From Armatimonadota bacterium (GTDB taxonomy: Bacteria > Armatimonadota > UBA10988): a DNA stretch of 51,699 nt. Every line of letters starts with the position of its first letter. Position 1 is the first letter of the stretch. The position numbers and the translations under genes were made by a program. A model generated the notes under the pieces. That model was not told the origin of the DNA. It saw only the letters and a program-made list of their open reading frames with translations, and ran no database searches. The stretch spans positions 1-51,699 of the forward strand of contig JACRKZ010000107.1 of the NCBI GenBank assembly GCA_016235455.1, in the 5' to 3' direction. This document shows, in pieces, positions 25,817 through 34,130 of the stretch.

Positions 25817-28645
25817 ATGAACCACGGCTGGGTTGCGCTGCTGGGCTGGTCCATCACCTCGGGCGCATTGGCGGAGTTCTACGTCTCGCCGGCCGGCAGC
25901 GACGCGGCCGCCGGCACCCGGCAGGCGCCGTTCGCCACGCTGGCCCGCGCCCGCGATGCCGCGCGCGGCAAGGCACCGGCCACCATCTACTTGCTGGGCG
26001 GCACGCACTACCTGCCTGAGCCGCTGGTGCTCGGCGCCGAGGACTCGCGCACCACCTGGTCGGCGGCGCCGGGCGCGCAGCCCGTGGTCAGCGGCGGGCT
26101 CAAGCTCACGCTGAGCTGGCGGCCCTATCGTGATGGCATCATGATGGCCACGACGCCGCCCAACCTGACCATCGACCAGCTGTTTGTCGACGCCGTGCGC
26201 GAGCCGATGGCGCGGTACCCCAACTACGATGCCAAGGTGCCGCACTTTGGCGGCTGGGCCGAGGATGCCTTCAGCCCCGAGCGCGCCGCGCGTTGGGCCG
26301 ACCCCGCCGGTGGCTACATCCATGCCATGCATGTGCACGAGTGGGGCGACTATCACTACCGCATCACCGGCAAGGACGCGCGGAACAAGGTCAGTTACGA
26401 GGGCGGCTGGCAGAACAACCGCCAGATGGGCATGCACCCGCGCTACCGCATGGTGGAGAACATCTTCGAGGAGCTCGACGCGCCGGGCGAATGGTTCCAC
26501 AACGCGAAGACGAACACGCTCTACTACTACCCGCGCGCCGGACTCGACCCGGCCCGGGCGACATTCGAGGTGGTGCGACTGCGCAGCCTGATTGAGCTGC
26601 GCGGCACGCCGGCCGCGCCGGTGCGCGGCGTGACGCTGCGCGGGCTGACCTTCCGCGGCTGCGCGCGTACGTTCATGGACAACCGCGAGCCGCTGTTGCG
26701 CAGCGACTGGACCACCTACCGCGGCGGCGCGTTGTTCTTCACAGGCGCCGAGGATTGCGAGGTGGCCGACTGCTTCCTCGACCAGCTCGGCGGCAACGCC
26801 ATCTTCGCGAGCGCGTACAACCGCCGCCTGACCGTGCGCGGCTGCCGCATCGAGAACGCGGGCGCCAACGGCGTGGCCTTTGTGGGCGATCCCGGTGCGG
26901 TGCGCAACCCGCTGTTTGAGTATGGCCAGCGCCAGAGCCTGGCGCAGATCGACCGCACGCCCGGCCCGAAGACCGACAGCTACCCCGCCGACTGCCTGGT
27001 CGAGGAGTGCCTGATCACGCGCACCGGTCGGGTGGAGAAGCAGACTGCGCCGGTGCAGATCGCCATGGCGCAGGCGATCACCGTGCGGCACTGCTCGATC
27101 TATGATGTGCCGCGCGCGGGCCTCAACATCGGTGACGGCTGCTGGGGCGGCCATGTCATCGAGTGGTGCGACATCTTCGATACCGTGCTGGAGACCGGCG
27201 ACCACGGCAGCTTCAACTCCTGGGGTCGCGACCGCTACTGGGGCCTGACCAACGCTCCGGCGGACCTGCTGCCCGAGCTGGCCAGGCTCGACGCGGTGCG
27301 CCCGGTCTACCTGCGAAACAACCGCTGGCGCTGCGACCACGGCTGGGATGTCGACCTCGATGACGGCTCCTCGAACTTCGAGATCACCGGCAACCTGTTC
27401 CTCAACGGCGGGCTGAAGCTGCGCGAGGGGTTCTGGCGCGTGGTGCGCGGCAATATCACGGTCAACAACACGCTGCATCCGCACGTCTGGTACGACAACT
27501 GCCAGGACGTCGTCTCGGGCAACATCTTCATGGGCGCCTACCGCCCCGCCGGCGGCATGCCCCGCGGCCAGTGGGGCCAGAAGGTCGACGGCAATCTGTT
27601 CACCGCCGAGGCCGATCGCCTGCGCTTCGCCGGCAACGGCTGCGATGCCCATTCGGTGGCCGGCGACCCGCTGTTCGTCGACCCGGCGAAGGGCGACTAT
27701 CGGGTCAAAGAAGGCTCGCCGGCCCTGAAGCTCGGTTTCGTCAACTTCGCCATGGACCAGTTCGGCGTGACCCGGCCGGAGCTGCGCGCGCTGGCGCGGA
27801 CGCCGGAGCTGCCCGGCACCGCGCGGCCCGCCGCAGCCGGTACGCGCGCCGCCCTGGCCGCGTACTGGCTCGGCGCGCCGGTGCGCGAGCTGGCTGGCGA
27901 AGAGTACTCGGCCTTCGGTGTCGGGCGTGACGACGGCGGCGTGGTGGTGGGCGAGCTGCCCGCCGACTCAGCCGCCGAGCGCGCCGGCCTGCGCCGTGGC
28001 GACCTGGTGCGCGGCGTCAATGGCGCCGTGGTGAAGACGCTGGCCGACCTGACGCGGCTGCGCGATGCCGCGGCGGGCGCGCCGCTGAAGCTGACGCTGG
28101 TCCGCGGCCAACAGCCGGCGCAGGCGACGGTGGTCGACTATCCGCATGTCGTGGCGGAATCGGCCGAGGCCGACGGCTTCCGCACCATCGCGCCACCGGC
28201 GGCCAGTGGCATCGCGGCGATCACGGCGCGGCCGGGCACGCACAACGAGCCGGTGGCGGTGCTCATCGACGGCAAGCTCGCGGCCAACTACGGCCCGGTC
28301 TTCGGCAACGACACGGCCGACGGCGTCTACCGTGCCGATCTGGGCCAGACGCGCGCCGTGGGCGCGGTCTGCACCTGGTCGTACAACCAGAACGAGAACC
28401 GCGGCAGCCAGCGCTTCATGCTGTACGGCAGCGTGGCGCCCGAGCCTGGCTTCGACGTGGCCAACGCCAAGCTCTGGACGCCCATCGCGCTGGTCGACAG
28501 CCCTTGCGCCAGCCGCTTCCTGGCTACGCGCCTGCAGGCGCCCGGTGGGCTGGGTGAGTACCGCTGGCTGGCCTGGGCCGTGGCACCGGTCTCGGCCATC
28601 GGCGAGAACACAGCCTATGTGGAGCTGGCGGTGGCTGCGCGCTAG
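25817..28645 (+). CDS. Secreted right-handed beta-helix protein (GH141-like architecture) with a PDZ domain and a C-terminal discoidin-like domain
   Basis: Signal peptide; FYVSPAGSD...PFATL, ARYPN, ENIFEELDAPGEW, ETGDHGSFNSWGRDR, DLDDGSSN; PDZ-like DSAAERAGLRRGDLVRGVNG. GGAG SD before 25817. Confidence 0.8.
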   Translation: MNHGWVALLGWSITSGALAEFYVSPAGSDAAAGTRQAPFATLARARDAARGKAPATIYLLGGTHYLPEPLVLGAEDSRTTWSAAPGAQPVVSGGLKLTLSWRPYRDGIMMATTPPNLTIDQLFVDAVREPMARYPNYDAKVPHFGGWAEDAFSPERAARWADPAGGYIHAMHVHEWGDYHYRITGKDARNKVSYEGGWQNNRQMGMHPRYRMVENIFEELDAPGEWFHNAKTNTLYYYPRAGLDPARATFEVVRLRSLIELRGTPAAPVRGVTLRGLTFRGCARTFMDNREPLLRSDWTTYRGGALFFTGAEDCEVADCFLDQLGGNAIFASAYNRRLTVRGCRIENAGANGVAFVGDPGAVRNPLFEYGQRQSLAQIDRTPGPKTDSYPADCLVEECLITRTGRVEKQTAPVQIAMAQAITVRHCSIYDVPRAGLNIGDGCWGGHVIEWCDIFDTVLETGDHGSFNSWGRDRYWGLTNAPADLLPELARLDAVRPVYLRNNRWRCDHGWDVDLDDGSSNFEITGNLFLNGGLKLREGFWRVVRGNITVNNTLHPHVWYDNCQDVVSGNIFMGAYRPAGGMPRGQWGQKVDGNLFTAEADRLRFAGNGCDAHSVAGDPLFVDPAKGDYRVKEGSPALKLGFVNFAMDQFGVTRPELRALARTPELPGTARPAAAGTRAALAAYWLGAPVRELAGEEYSAFGVGRDDGGVVVGELPADSAAERAGLRRGDLVRGVNGAVVKTLADLTRLRDAAAGAPLKLTLVRGQQPAQATVVDYPHVVAESAEADGFRTIAPPAASGIAAITARPGTHNEPVAVLIDGKLAANYGPVFGNDTADGVYRADLGQTRAVGAVCTWSYNQNENRGSQRFMLYGSVAPEPGFDVANAKLWTPIALVDSPCASRFLATRLQAPGGLGEYRWLAWAVAPVSAIGENTAYVELAVAAR

Positions 28646-28663
28646 GCCGCGCGCGCGTACGGG

Positions 28664-28688
28664 AGGATCCGGCTCTGACACCCCGAAC
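28664..28688 (+). promoter_or_regulatory. Putative sigma-H-like promoter
   Basis: GGAGGA-N17-GAAC in the intergenic region upstream of 28745. Confidence 0.5.
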
Positions 28689-28744
28689 ATCCGCGGCGGG
28701 GGCGTCGGCTCGCCCCCAGCGCAGACACCTGCCCGGAGACCCTC

Positions 28745-31700
28745 ATGCCCTGGCGATCTCGACTCGTCCTGCTCCTCTCTGGCGCGCTGCTGGCCGCCAC
28801 CGCCGGTGCCCGGACCGTCGAGGCCGACTGGTGCACCGTCGAGCTGCCCGACGAGGCCACGGTCGGCAAGCCGTATGAGTTCTCGGTCCGCCTCAAGGGC
28901 GTGGCCGCCGGGCCCAAGCTCGCCGCCGACCTGCACTTCCAGCAGACCGACGGCAGCTACGGCGGGTTCGACGCGTGGGGCGGCGACGCCCAGACCGTGA
29001 CCGGTGACGGCCCCTATCGGTTCCGGCCGACGGTGGCCGACAAGCCGGGCCTCGGGGCTGTCACGGTGTTGCTGTACCTGTCGCCAACCGGTGGGTTCGC
29101 CGAGCGCACCAAGGAGTTCACCAGCCCGCCGGTCCCCGCCAAGTGGCTGGGCAAGTCCCTGGCCAACGCCACCTTCAAGCGGAGTTGGCTGTGGATCGAC
29201 GACACCGCGGTACGCCGCGAACTGGCCGAGGGCGATACCTGGGAGGTGCCGGTCGAGTACTCGCTGGACGCGAGCGAGGATGACGGCGAGACCAAGATCG
29301 TGCTGTGGGCCGCCGGGCCGTGGATCGACAATCCCGACGGCAAGTACACCACCGACCGCCACCACATCGGCTACCCCGGCACGTCGGCCGCCACCACGGT
29401 CGCCGCGGGCCGCGGTCGCCACGTGTTCAGCTTCAAGGTCCCACCGGCCCAGCCGCGCAACAGCCTGATCCTCATCGGCGCGTTTCAGCGGCGCGACGGG
29501 CAGCGCTGGCCGTGGGAGGTGCGCGCGCCGGCGACCTTCTTCCATCGCGTCCGCGGCTGGTTCGAACTGGAGTCCGCGCAACCGGGCAACCTGTTCACCT
29601 ACGCGCAGCCAGTGGAGATGGCGGCGCGCCTGCTTCAGTCTGACGGCCGCGACCACACGCTCAACTGGACCGCGCTCGACACGACCGGCGCCGAGGTGGC
29701 CCGCGGCAGCGTGCCCTTCGTCGCGCGGCAGGTCGGGCAGGTCGTACCCATCGTCGTGGCCACCCAGCGCCGTGGCACGCTGCTGCTGCGGGCCGAGGTG
29801 GCCGGCTGGGAGGCGCGCGCGGTCACGCTGGCGCGTATCCCCGATGTGCTCGCGCTCACCCGCCGGGAGCCGACGCAGTTTGGCATGACCAACGTGGTGC
29901 TGCCCGGTCCCCCGGCGCGGGTCGAGGCGGCTTGCCGCATCGCGCGGCGGCTGGGCCTGACCTCGTGTCGCACCTTCATGGACTGGAAGACGGTCGAGCC
30001 CGGCCGCGGCGAATATCGCCTGGCAGGTTGGGAAGAGGCGGTGGCCACGGCGGCGCGTCTGGGCGTGGTGCCCTGGTTCTGCCTGGTCGACCCGCCGGCC
30101 TGGGCCCAGCTCGAGGCTCCGGTCAATCTCGGGTACACCGCCTTCCGCGGCGATCTGGACGGCTGGCGCGGCGTGATCACCCGGGTCACCAACCAGTTCC
30201 GGGGACGGTTCTACGGCTGGGAGTGGCTCAACGAGATCACCCCCGGCGGCACGCCGACGCCTGTGGACGACTACCTGGCGCTCTGTCGCGCCGGCACCGC
30301 CGCAGCCAAGGCGGCCGATCCGGCCACGCACACCATCCTGGCAGGCGGGCTGTGGCCGAGGAGCTTCCGGCAGGCGGTACTGAAGGCAGGCGCCGGCGGG
30401 TTGGTCGATGTGCTGCCGGTCCACTACGCCGATGGCGCCGGCGTGGCCGAGGCGGCCGGCGACCTGGCGGCGGTCGGCCAGCCCAAGGTCGAGGTGTGGG
30501 ATGACGAGACCGCCCGCGGCATCAGCATTTGGGGTGCGCCGCCCGAGTTCGACCTGACCCATCCGCTACAGAGGCAGTGGCTGCTGAGCCACTGGCCTGA
30601 CGAACTGCTGGCCGGCAGCCGACGCATCATCTGGTTTGGCGGCTGGGGCGATGCGGCGGGCAACTGGTCGTATCTGCTCGACGACCTGTCGCCACGGCCG
30701 GTGGCGGCCTCGATGGCTGTGCTGGTGAGCCGGCTGCACGGCGCGCGCCCGTTGGGCAAGCTGGCCGCCGGCCAGGGCGGCGTGGTTGACCTGTTCGAAC
30801 GCGACGGCCGCGCCGTGGTGCTGGTCAGCAGCAGCGTCGAGGGGGAGAACGTGCCGCTGCCCGTGGGTGTCGAGCAGCTCACGGTGGTCGACGACCAGGG
30901 CAACGAAAGCCCGCTGGCCTGCCCGGGCCGTGTGGCCCGGCTCAAGCTGGCGGCGATGCCGGTGTGGCTCGACGGGGCGGACCTGGACGTGCTCAAGAGC
31001 GCGCTGGTGCCCGACCTGATGACGCGCACTGGTGGCGAGGGGACGCCCAAGATCAATGTGCTGCGCGGTGGCCGGACCACGCTCACGATGCGGCTGCGCA
31101 ATCTCTATGCGCGGCAGCTCACGGGCCGGCTGAGCCTGAGCCTGCCCGCCGGCTGGACCGGGCCGGCGCCGTTGGCCTTCGACCTGGCGCCCGGCGCCGA
31201 ACGGCTGGTGCCGTTGCCCATCGGCGTGCCCGACAGCGCGCGCACCGAGGACTTCGCGGGTAGTGCGGGCATCAGCTTCGGCTGGGACAAGCTGCCGCCG
31301 GTCACCAAGCCGCTGACCATCGCGGTCATCGCGCCCGAAACGCTGGGCAACCTGGTGGCCAATGGCGAGCTGGAGCAACCCGGCGGCTGGACCGGCAATG
31401 CCGAGCGCATCGCCTCGACCGCGCTGGGTGATGGGCTGGGTGAATGGCTGCTGCGCTTTGGCGGCGGCGCCGACTGGCAGCACGAATCGACCGAAGTGCC
31501 CGTCCGGGGCGGCGAGAGCTACCTCTACTCGGCCTGGGTCTGGAACCGCGGACAGCACGCGGGCTCCAACGTCACGCTGCACTTCGCCGACGGCACCAGG
31601 CGCGAAATGTACGACGTGCAGGTCTTCACCTGCGGCGAGGACAACCCCGGCTGGCAGCTCTATACCAGCCACTTCGACACGCCGCCCAACACGGTCAAGG

Positions 31701-32440
31701 TGAGCCTGACGCCGGTGGTCCGCGGCGCCGGCAGCACGCTGTACGACAACCTGCGCCTGACCACCTACGACGGCACCGACTACGCCGCCGAGGCCCGCCG
31801 CGCCGCGCGGCCGCCGGTCATCGACGGGCAGCTCGACGATTGGACAAACGCCGCGCCCATTCCGCTGCTGGGGCCGAACCAGCTTACCCGACTCGACCCG
31901 GCGTATCGCCCGACGGCGGACAACCTGAGCGGCGTGGCCTGGCTGCGCTGGGATGAGGACAGCCTCTACCTGGCCGCACGCCTGCGTGACGACCGCCATG
32001 TGGCACAGACCACGGGCGAGGCGACGACCCAAGGCGACAGCCTGACCCTGGCGCTGGACCCGAGCAACCGCGGGCCGGAGTCGAGCCGTCGGGCCTTCTG
32101 CTACCTGCTGAGCAGCGCCAGCCCCGGCGGCGGCAGCGGCCGGCAGACGCTCTATCGTCCGCCGACCCGCTCGGGCGGTCTGTCCTCGGGTCAGTTGGCC
32201 AAGGACAGCTCGGTCTACAGCCTGGCCATCCTGCGCGGCGAGGGCGTCACGGTCTACGAGCTGCGTATGCCCTGGAAGGAGCTCGGCGCGGTGACGCCCG
32301 ATGTCGGCACCCGCCTGGGCCTGTCGCTGTCCGCTTTCGACAACGACGGCGCCGGGCCGGCGGCGGCCATGGGCTGGGGTGAGGGCCTGCTACCGGCTTG
32401 GGCGCCGCAGCGGCTGGGCGTGCTGACGTTGGTGCCGTAG
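28745..32440 (+). CDS. Secreted multidomain glycoside hydrolase (clan GH-A-like TIM barrel) with Ig-like, CBM4/9-like and C-terminal CBM9/DOMON-like modules
   Basis: Signal peptide; WKTVEPGRGEY, WEWLNEI (acid/base-like NE), DVLPVHY, VWDDET (nucleophile-like), NLVANGELE, PVIDGQLDDW, WDEDSLYLA, YELRMPW. Confidence 0.75.
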   Translation: MPWRSRLVLLLSGALLAATAGARTVEADWCTVELPDEATVGKPYEFSVRLKGVAAGPKLAADLHFQQTDGSYGGFDAWGGDAQTVTGDGPYRFRPTVADKPGLGAVTVLLYLSPTGGFAERTKEFTSPPVPAKWLGKSLANATFKRSWLWIDDTAVRRELAEGDTWEVPVEYSLDASEDDGETKIVLWAAGPWIDNPDGKYTTDRHHIGYPGTSAATTVAAGRGRHVFSFKVPPAQPRNSLILIGAFQRRDGQRWPWEVRAPATFFHRVRGWFELESAQPGNLFTYAQPVEMAARLLQSDGRDHTLNWTALDTTGAEVARGSVPFVARQVGQVVPIVVATQRRGTLLLRAEVAGWEARAVTLARIPDVLALTRREPTQFGMTNVVLPGPPARVEAACRIARRLGLTSCRTFMDWKTVEPGRGEYRLAGWEEAVATAARLGVVPWFCLVDPPAWAQLEAPVNLGYTAFRGDLDGWRGVITRVTNQFRGRFYGWEWLNEITPGGTPTPVDDYLALCRAGTAAAKAADPATHTILAGGLWPRSFRQAVLKAGAGGLVDVLPVHYADGAGVAEAAGDLAAVGQPKVEVWDDETARGISIWGAPPEFDLTHPLQRQWLLSHWPDELLAGSRRIIWFGGWGDAAGNWSYLLDDLSPRPVAASMAVLVSRLHGARPLGKLAAGQGGVVDLFERDGRAVVLVSSSVEGENVPLPVGVEQLTVVDDQGNESPLACPGRVARLKLAAMPVWLDGADLDVLKSALVPDLMTRTGGEGTPKINVLRGGRTTLTMRLRNLYARQLTGRLSLSLPAGWTGPAPLAFDLAPGAERLVPLPIGVPDSARTEDFAGSAGISFGWDKLPPVTKPLTIAVIAPETLGNLVANGELEQPGGWTGNAERIASTALGDGLGEWLLRFGGGADWQHESTEVPVRGGESYLYSAWVWNRGQHAGSNVTLHFADGTRREMYDVQVFTCGEDNPGWQLYTSHFDTPPNTVKVSLTPVVRGAGSTLYDNLRLTTYDGTDYAAEARRAARPPVIDGQLDDWTNAAPIPLLGPNQLTRLDPAYRPTADNLSGVAWLRWDEDSLYLAARLRDDRHVAQTTGEATTQGDSLTLALDPSNRGPESSRRAFCYLLSSASPGGGSGRQTLYRPPTRSGGLSSGQLAKDSSVYSLAILRGEGVTVYELRMPWKELGAVTPDVGTRLGLSLSAFDNDGAGPAAAMGWGEGLLPAWAPQRLGVLTLVP

Positions 32441-32563
32441 CAGCGTAGCCCGCCTCGCACCAACTGACCAGGTGCTCCGCCTGGCCGGTCAATGGGCTGC
32501 GCTGGCAGTTGCCGTCAGCAGGGCGCACCTACGCGCGACCACGTCATATCCTCGCAGTCCAGC

Positions 32564-33991
32564 TCAGGGCCGGGCCCGGCCCGCTCGTCTGCCAGGCTTC
32601 CCCGCCGCGTCGTCAGCATCACGCAGCCGCGGTGTGTAGGCGTTGGCCTGATTGGGCCCGGGGGTGCTGCGGCCGTTGGCGATGTACTGACGCATCAACG
32701 TCGTCAGCCGCGCGGCGACGTCGGGATACCGCACCAGAACGTCCTTGGTCTCGCTCAGGTCATCGGCCAGGTTGTAGAGCTCGCGCGCGCCGGAGACGGC
32801 GAAGATGAGCTTCCACGGCCCTTGGCGAATGGCCAGATCGCCCGCGCTGGACTGATGGACGGTGGCCTCGCGCACCGGTGCCTGGGCCGTGCCCAGCAGA
32901 TCGGGCAGAAGGCTGACGCTGTCCACCCCGGCGCCGTCGGGTAGCCTAGCGCCCGTGACCTGCGCGGCGGTGGCCATCAGGTCGTTGAGGCAGACGACAT
33001 CGGCACAGGTGGCGCCGGGCTTGATCTTGCCGGGCCAGCGGGCGATGAACGGCACGCGATGACCGCCCTCGTAGATGCTGCGCTTGGAGCCCCGCAGGGG
33101 CGGGTAGACGCGCTGCTCCGCACCGTTGTCGCTGGTCACGATGACCAGCGTGTTGTCGGCCAGCTCGTTGCGCTCCAGCGCGTCGAGGATCCGCCCGGTC
33201 ACGCCGTCGCCTTCGGCGATCCAGTCGGCATACTCGCTCACGCCGGTCGTGCCCTTGTATTCCGGCGCGGGGACGATGGGCAGGTGAGGCGTCGACAACG
33301 GCACGTAGAGGAAGAAGGGCTGGCCTGTCTTGGCGCGCTGGTCGATGTAGTCGACCGTCCGCCCGGCCAGCCAGGGCTGGACCTCGACCGGTGGCAGGTT
33401 CGCCGCCACTCGGTCCTGCTCGATGACCATGCCGATGTTGCCCGAGTGGGTGTAGCCGCAGAAGGTGTCGAAGCCGCGCGCGGTCGGCCCGTCACCCGCC
33501 GTGGTGCCGACGGGCAAGGCCTTCTCGGACGCCTTGACGCTGGCGGGGACGGCCCTGTTCATGCCCAGGTGCCACTTGCCAAAGGCCGCGGTGTGATAGC
33601 CCTGTTGCCGGAGCAGCGCGGGCACCGTGAGTCGCTCCGCCTCGATGATCGGCGCGGAGAAGGTCTTGAGCACGCCGAACTGCCCGATGCGCATCGGGTA
33701 GCGCCCGGTCAGCACACCGTAGCGGGTGGGGGTGCACACCGCCGCCGCCGTGTGCGCGTCGGTGAAGCGCATCCCCTCGCGCGTCAGCCTGTCCAGCGTG
33801 GGCATCTTGAAGCGCGACTCCGCCCGGAAGGACGGCGGTTCGCCGTAGCCCAGGTCGTCGAACAGGATAAAGACGATGTTGGGCGGCGCCGCGGGCGGCC
33901 CGGCCGGCGCCTCGGGGGGCTGCCCGAAGGCTCGGGCCACGGCCAGAGCGGATCCGGCCAGACTGGTTCGCAGCAGTTCACGGCGGTCCAT
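32564..33991 (-). CDS. Tat-exported sulfatase (S1/arylsulfatase A family)
   Basis: MDRRELL signal, PNIVFILFDDLGYG, CTPTRYGVLTG, GKWHLG, TSDNG, IYEGGHRVPFIARWPG; GGAG SD. Confidence 0.92.
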   Translation of the reverse strand: MDRRELLRTSLAGSALAVARAFGQPPEAPAGPPAAPPNIVFILFDDLGYGEPPSFRAESRFKMPTLDRLTREGMRFTDAHTAAAVCTPTRYGVLTGRYPMRIGQFGVLKTFSAPIIEAERLTVPALLRQQGYHTAAFGKWHLGMNRAVPASVKASEKALPVGTTAGDGPTARGFDTFCGYTHSGNIGMVIEQDRVAANLPPVEVQPWLAGRTVDYIDQRAKTGQPFFLYVPLSTPHLPIVPAPEYKGTTGVSEYADWIAEGDGVTGRILDALERNELADNTLVIVTSDNGAEQRVYPPLRGSKRSIYEGGHRVPFIARWPGKIKPGATCADVVCLNDLMATAAQVTGARLPDGAGVDSVSLLPDLLGTAQAPVREATVHQSSAGDLAIRQGPWKLIFAVSGARELYNLADDLSETKDVLVRYPDVAARLTTLMRQYIANGRSTPGPNQANAYTPRLRDADDAAGKPGRRAGRARP

Positions 33992-34086
33992 GAGCCAACT
34001 CCGTTTCCGGCGCGTAGCGACCTGTGACGCGCTCCCAACCACATTGTTCATTGCGGCGTCCTCGCCTGCTCGCGGCGACCGCACAA

Positions 34087-34111
34087 AGGACCCGCTCCGA
34101 ATGTCGCGAAC
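34087..34111 (+). promoter_or_regulatory. Putative sigma-H-like promoter of the GH78 gene
   Basis: AAAGGA-N17-GAAC, 19 nt before the ATG at 34131. Confidence 0.5.
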
Positions 34112-34130
34112 ACGACCCGCGGAGTAGCCC

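Noticed and set aside
24164-28645. Apparent 1162-aa and 1323-aa overlapping giant ORFs
   Set aside because: Upstream extensions run antisense through the neighbouring gene. SD-supported starts are 25603 (-) and 25817 (+).
32441-32540. GTAG...CTAC REP-like remnant between convergent genes
   Set aside because: Only short matches (CGTAG/CTACG) are present, without convincing internal hairpins.
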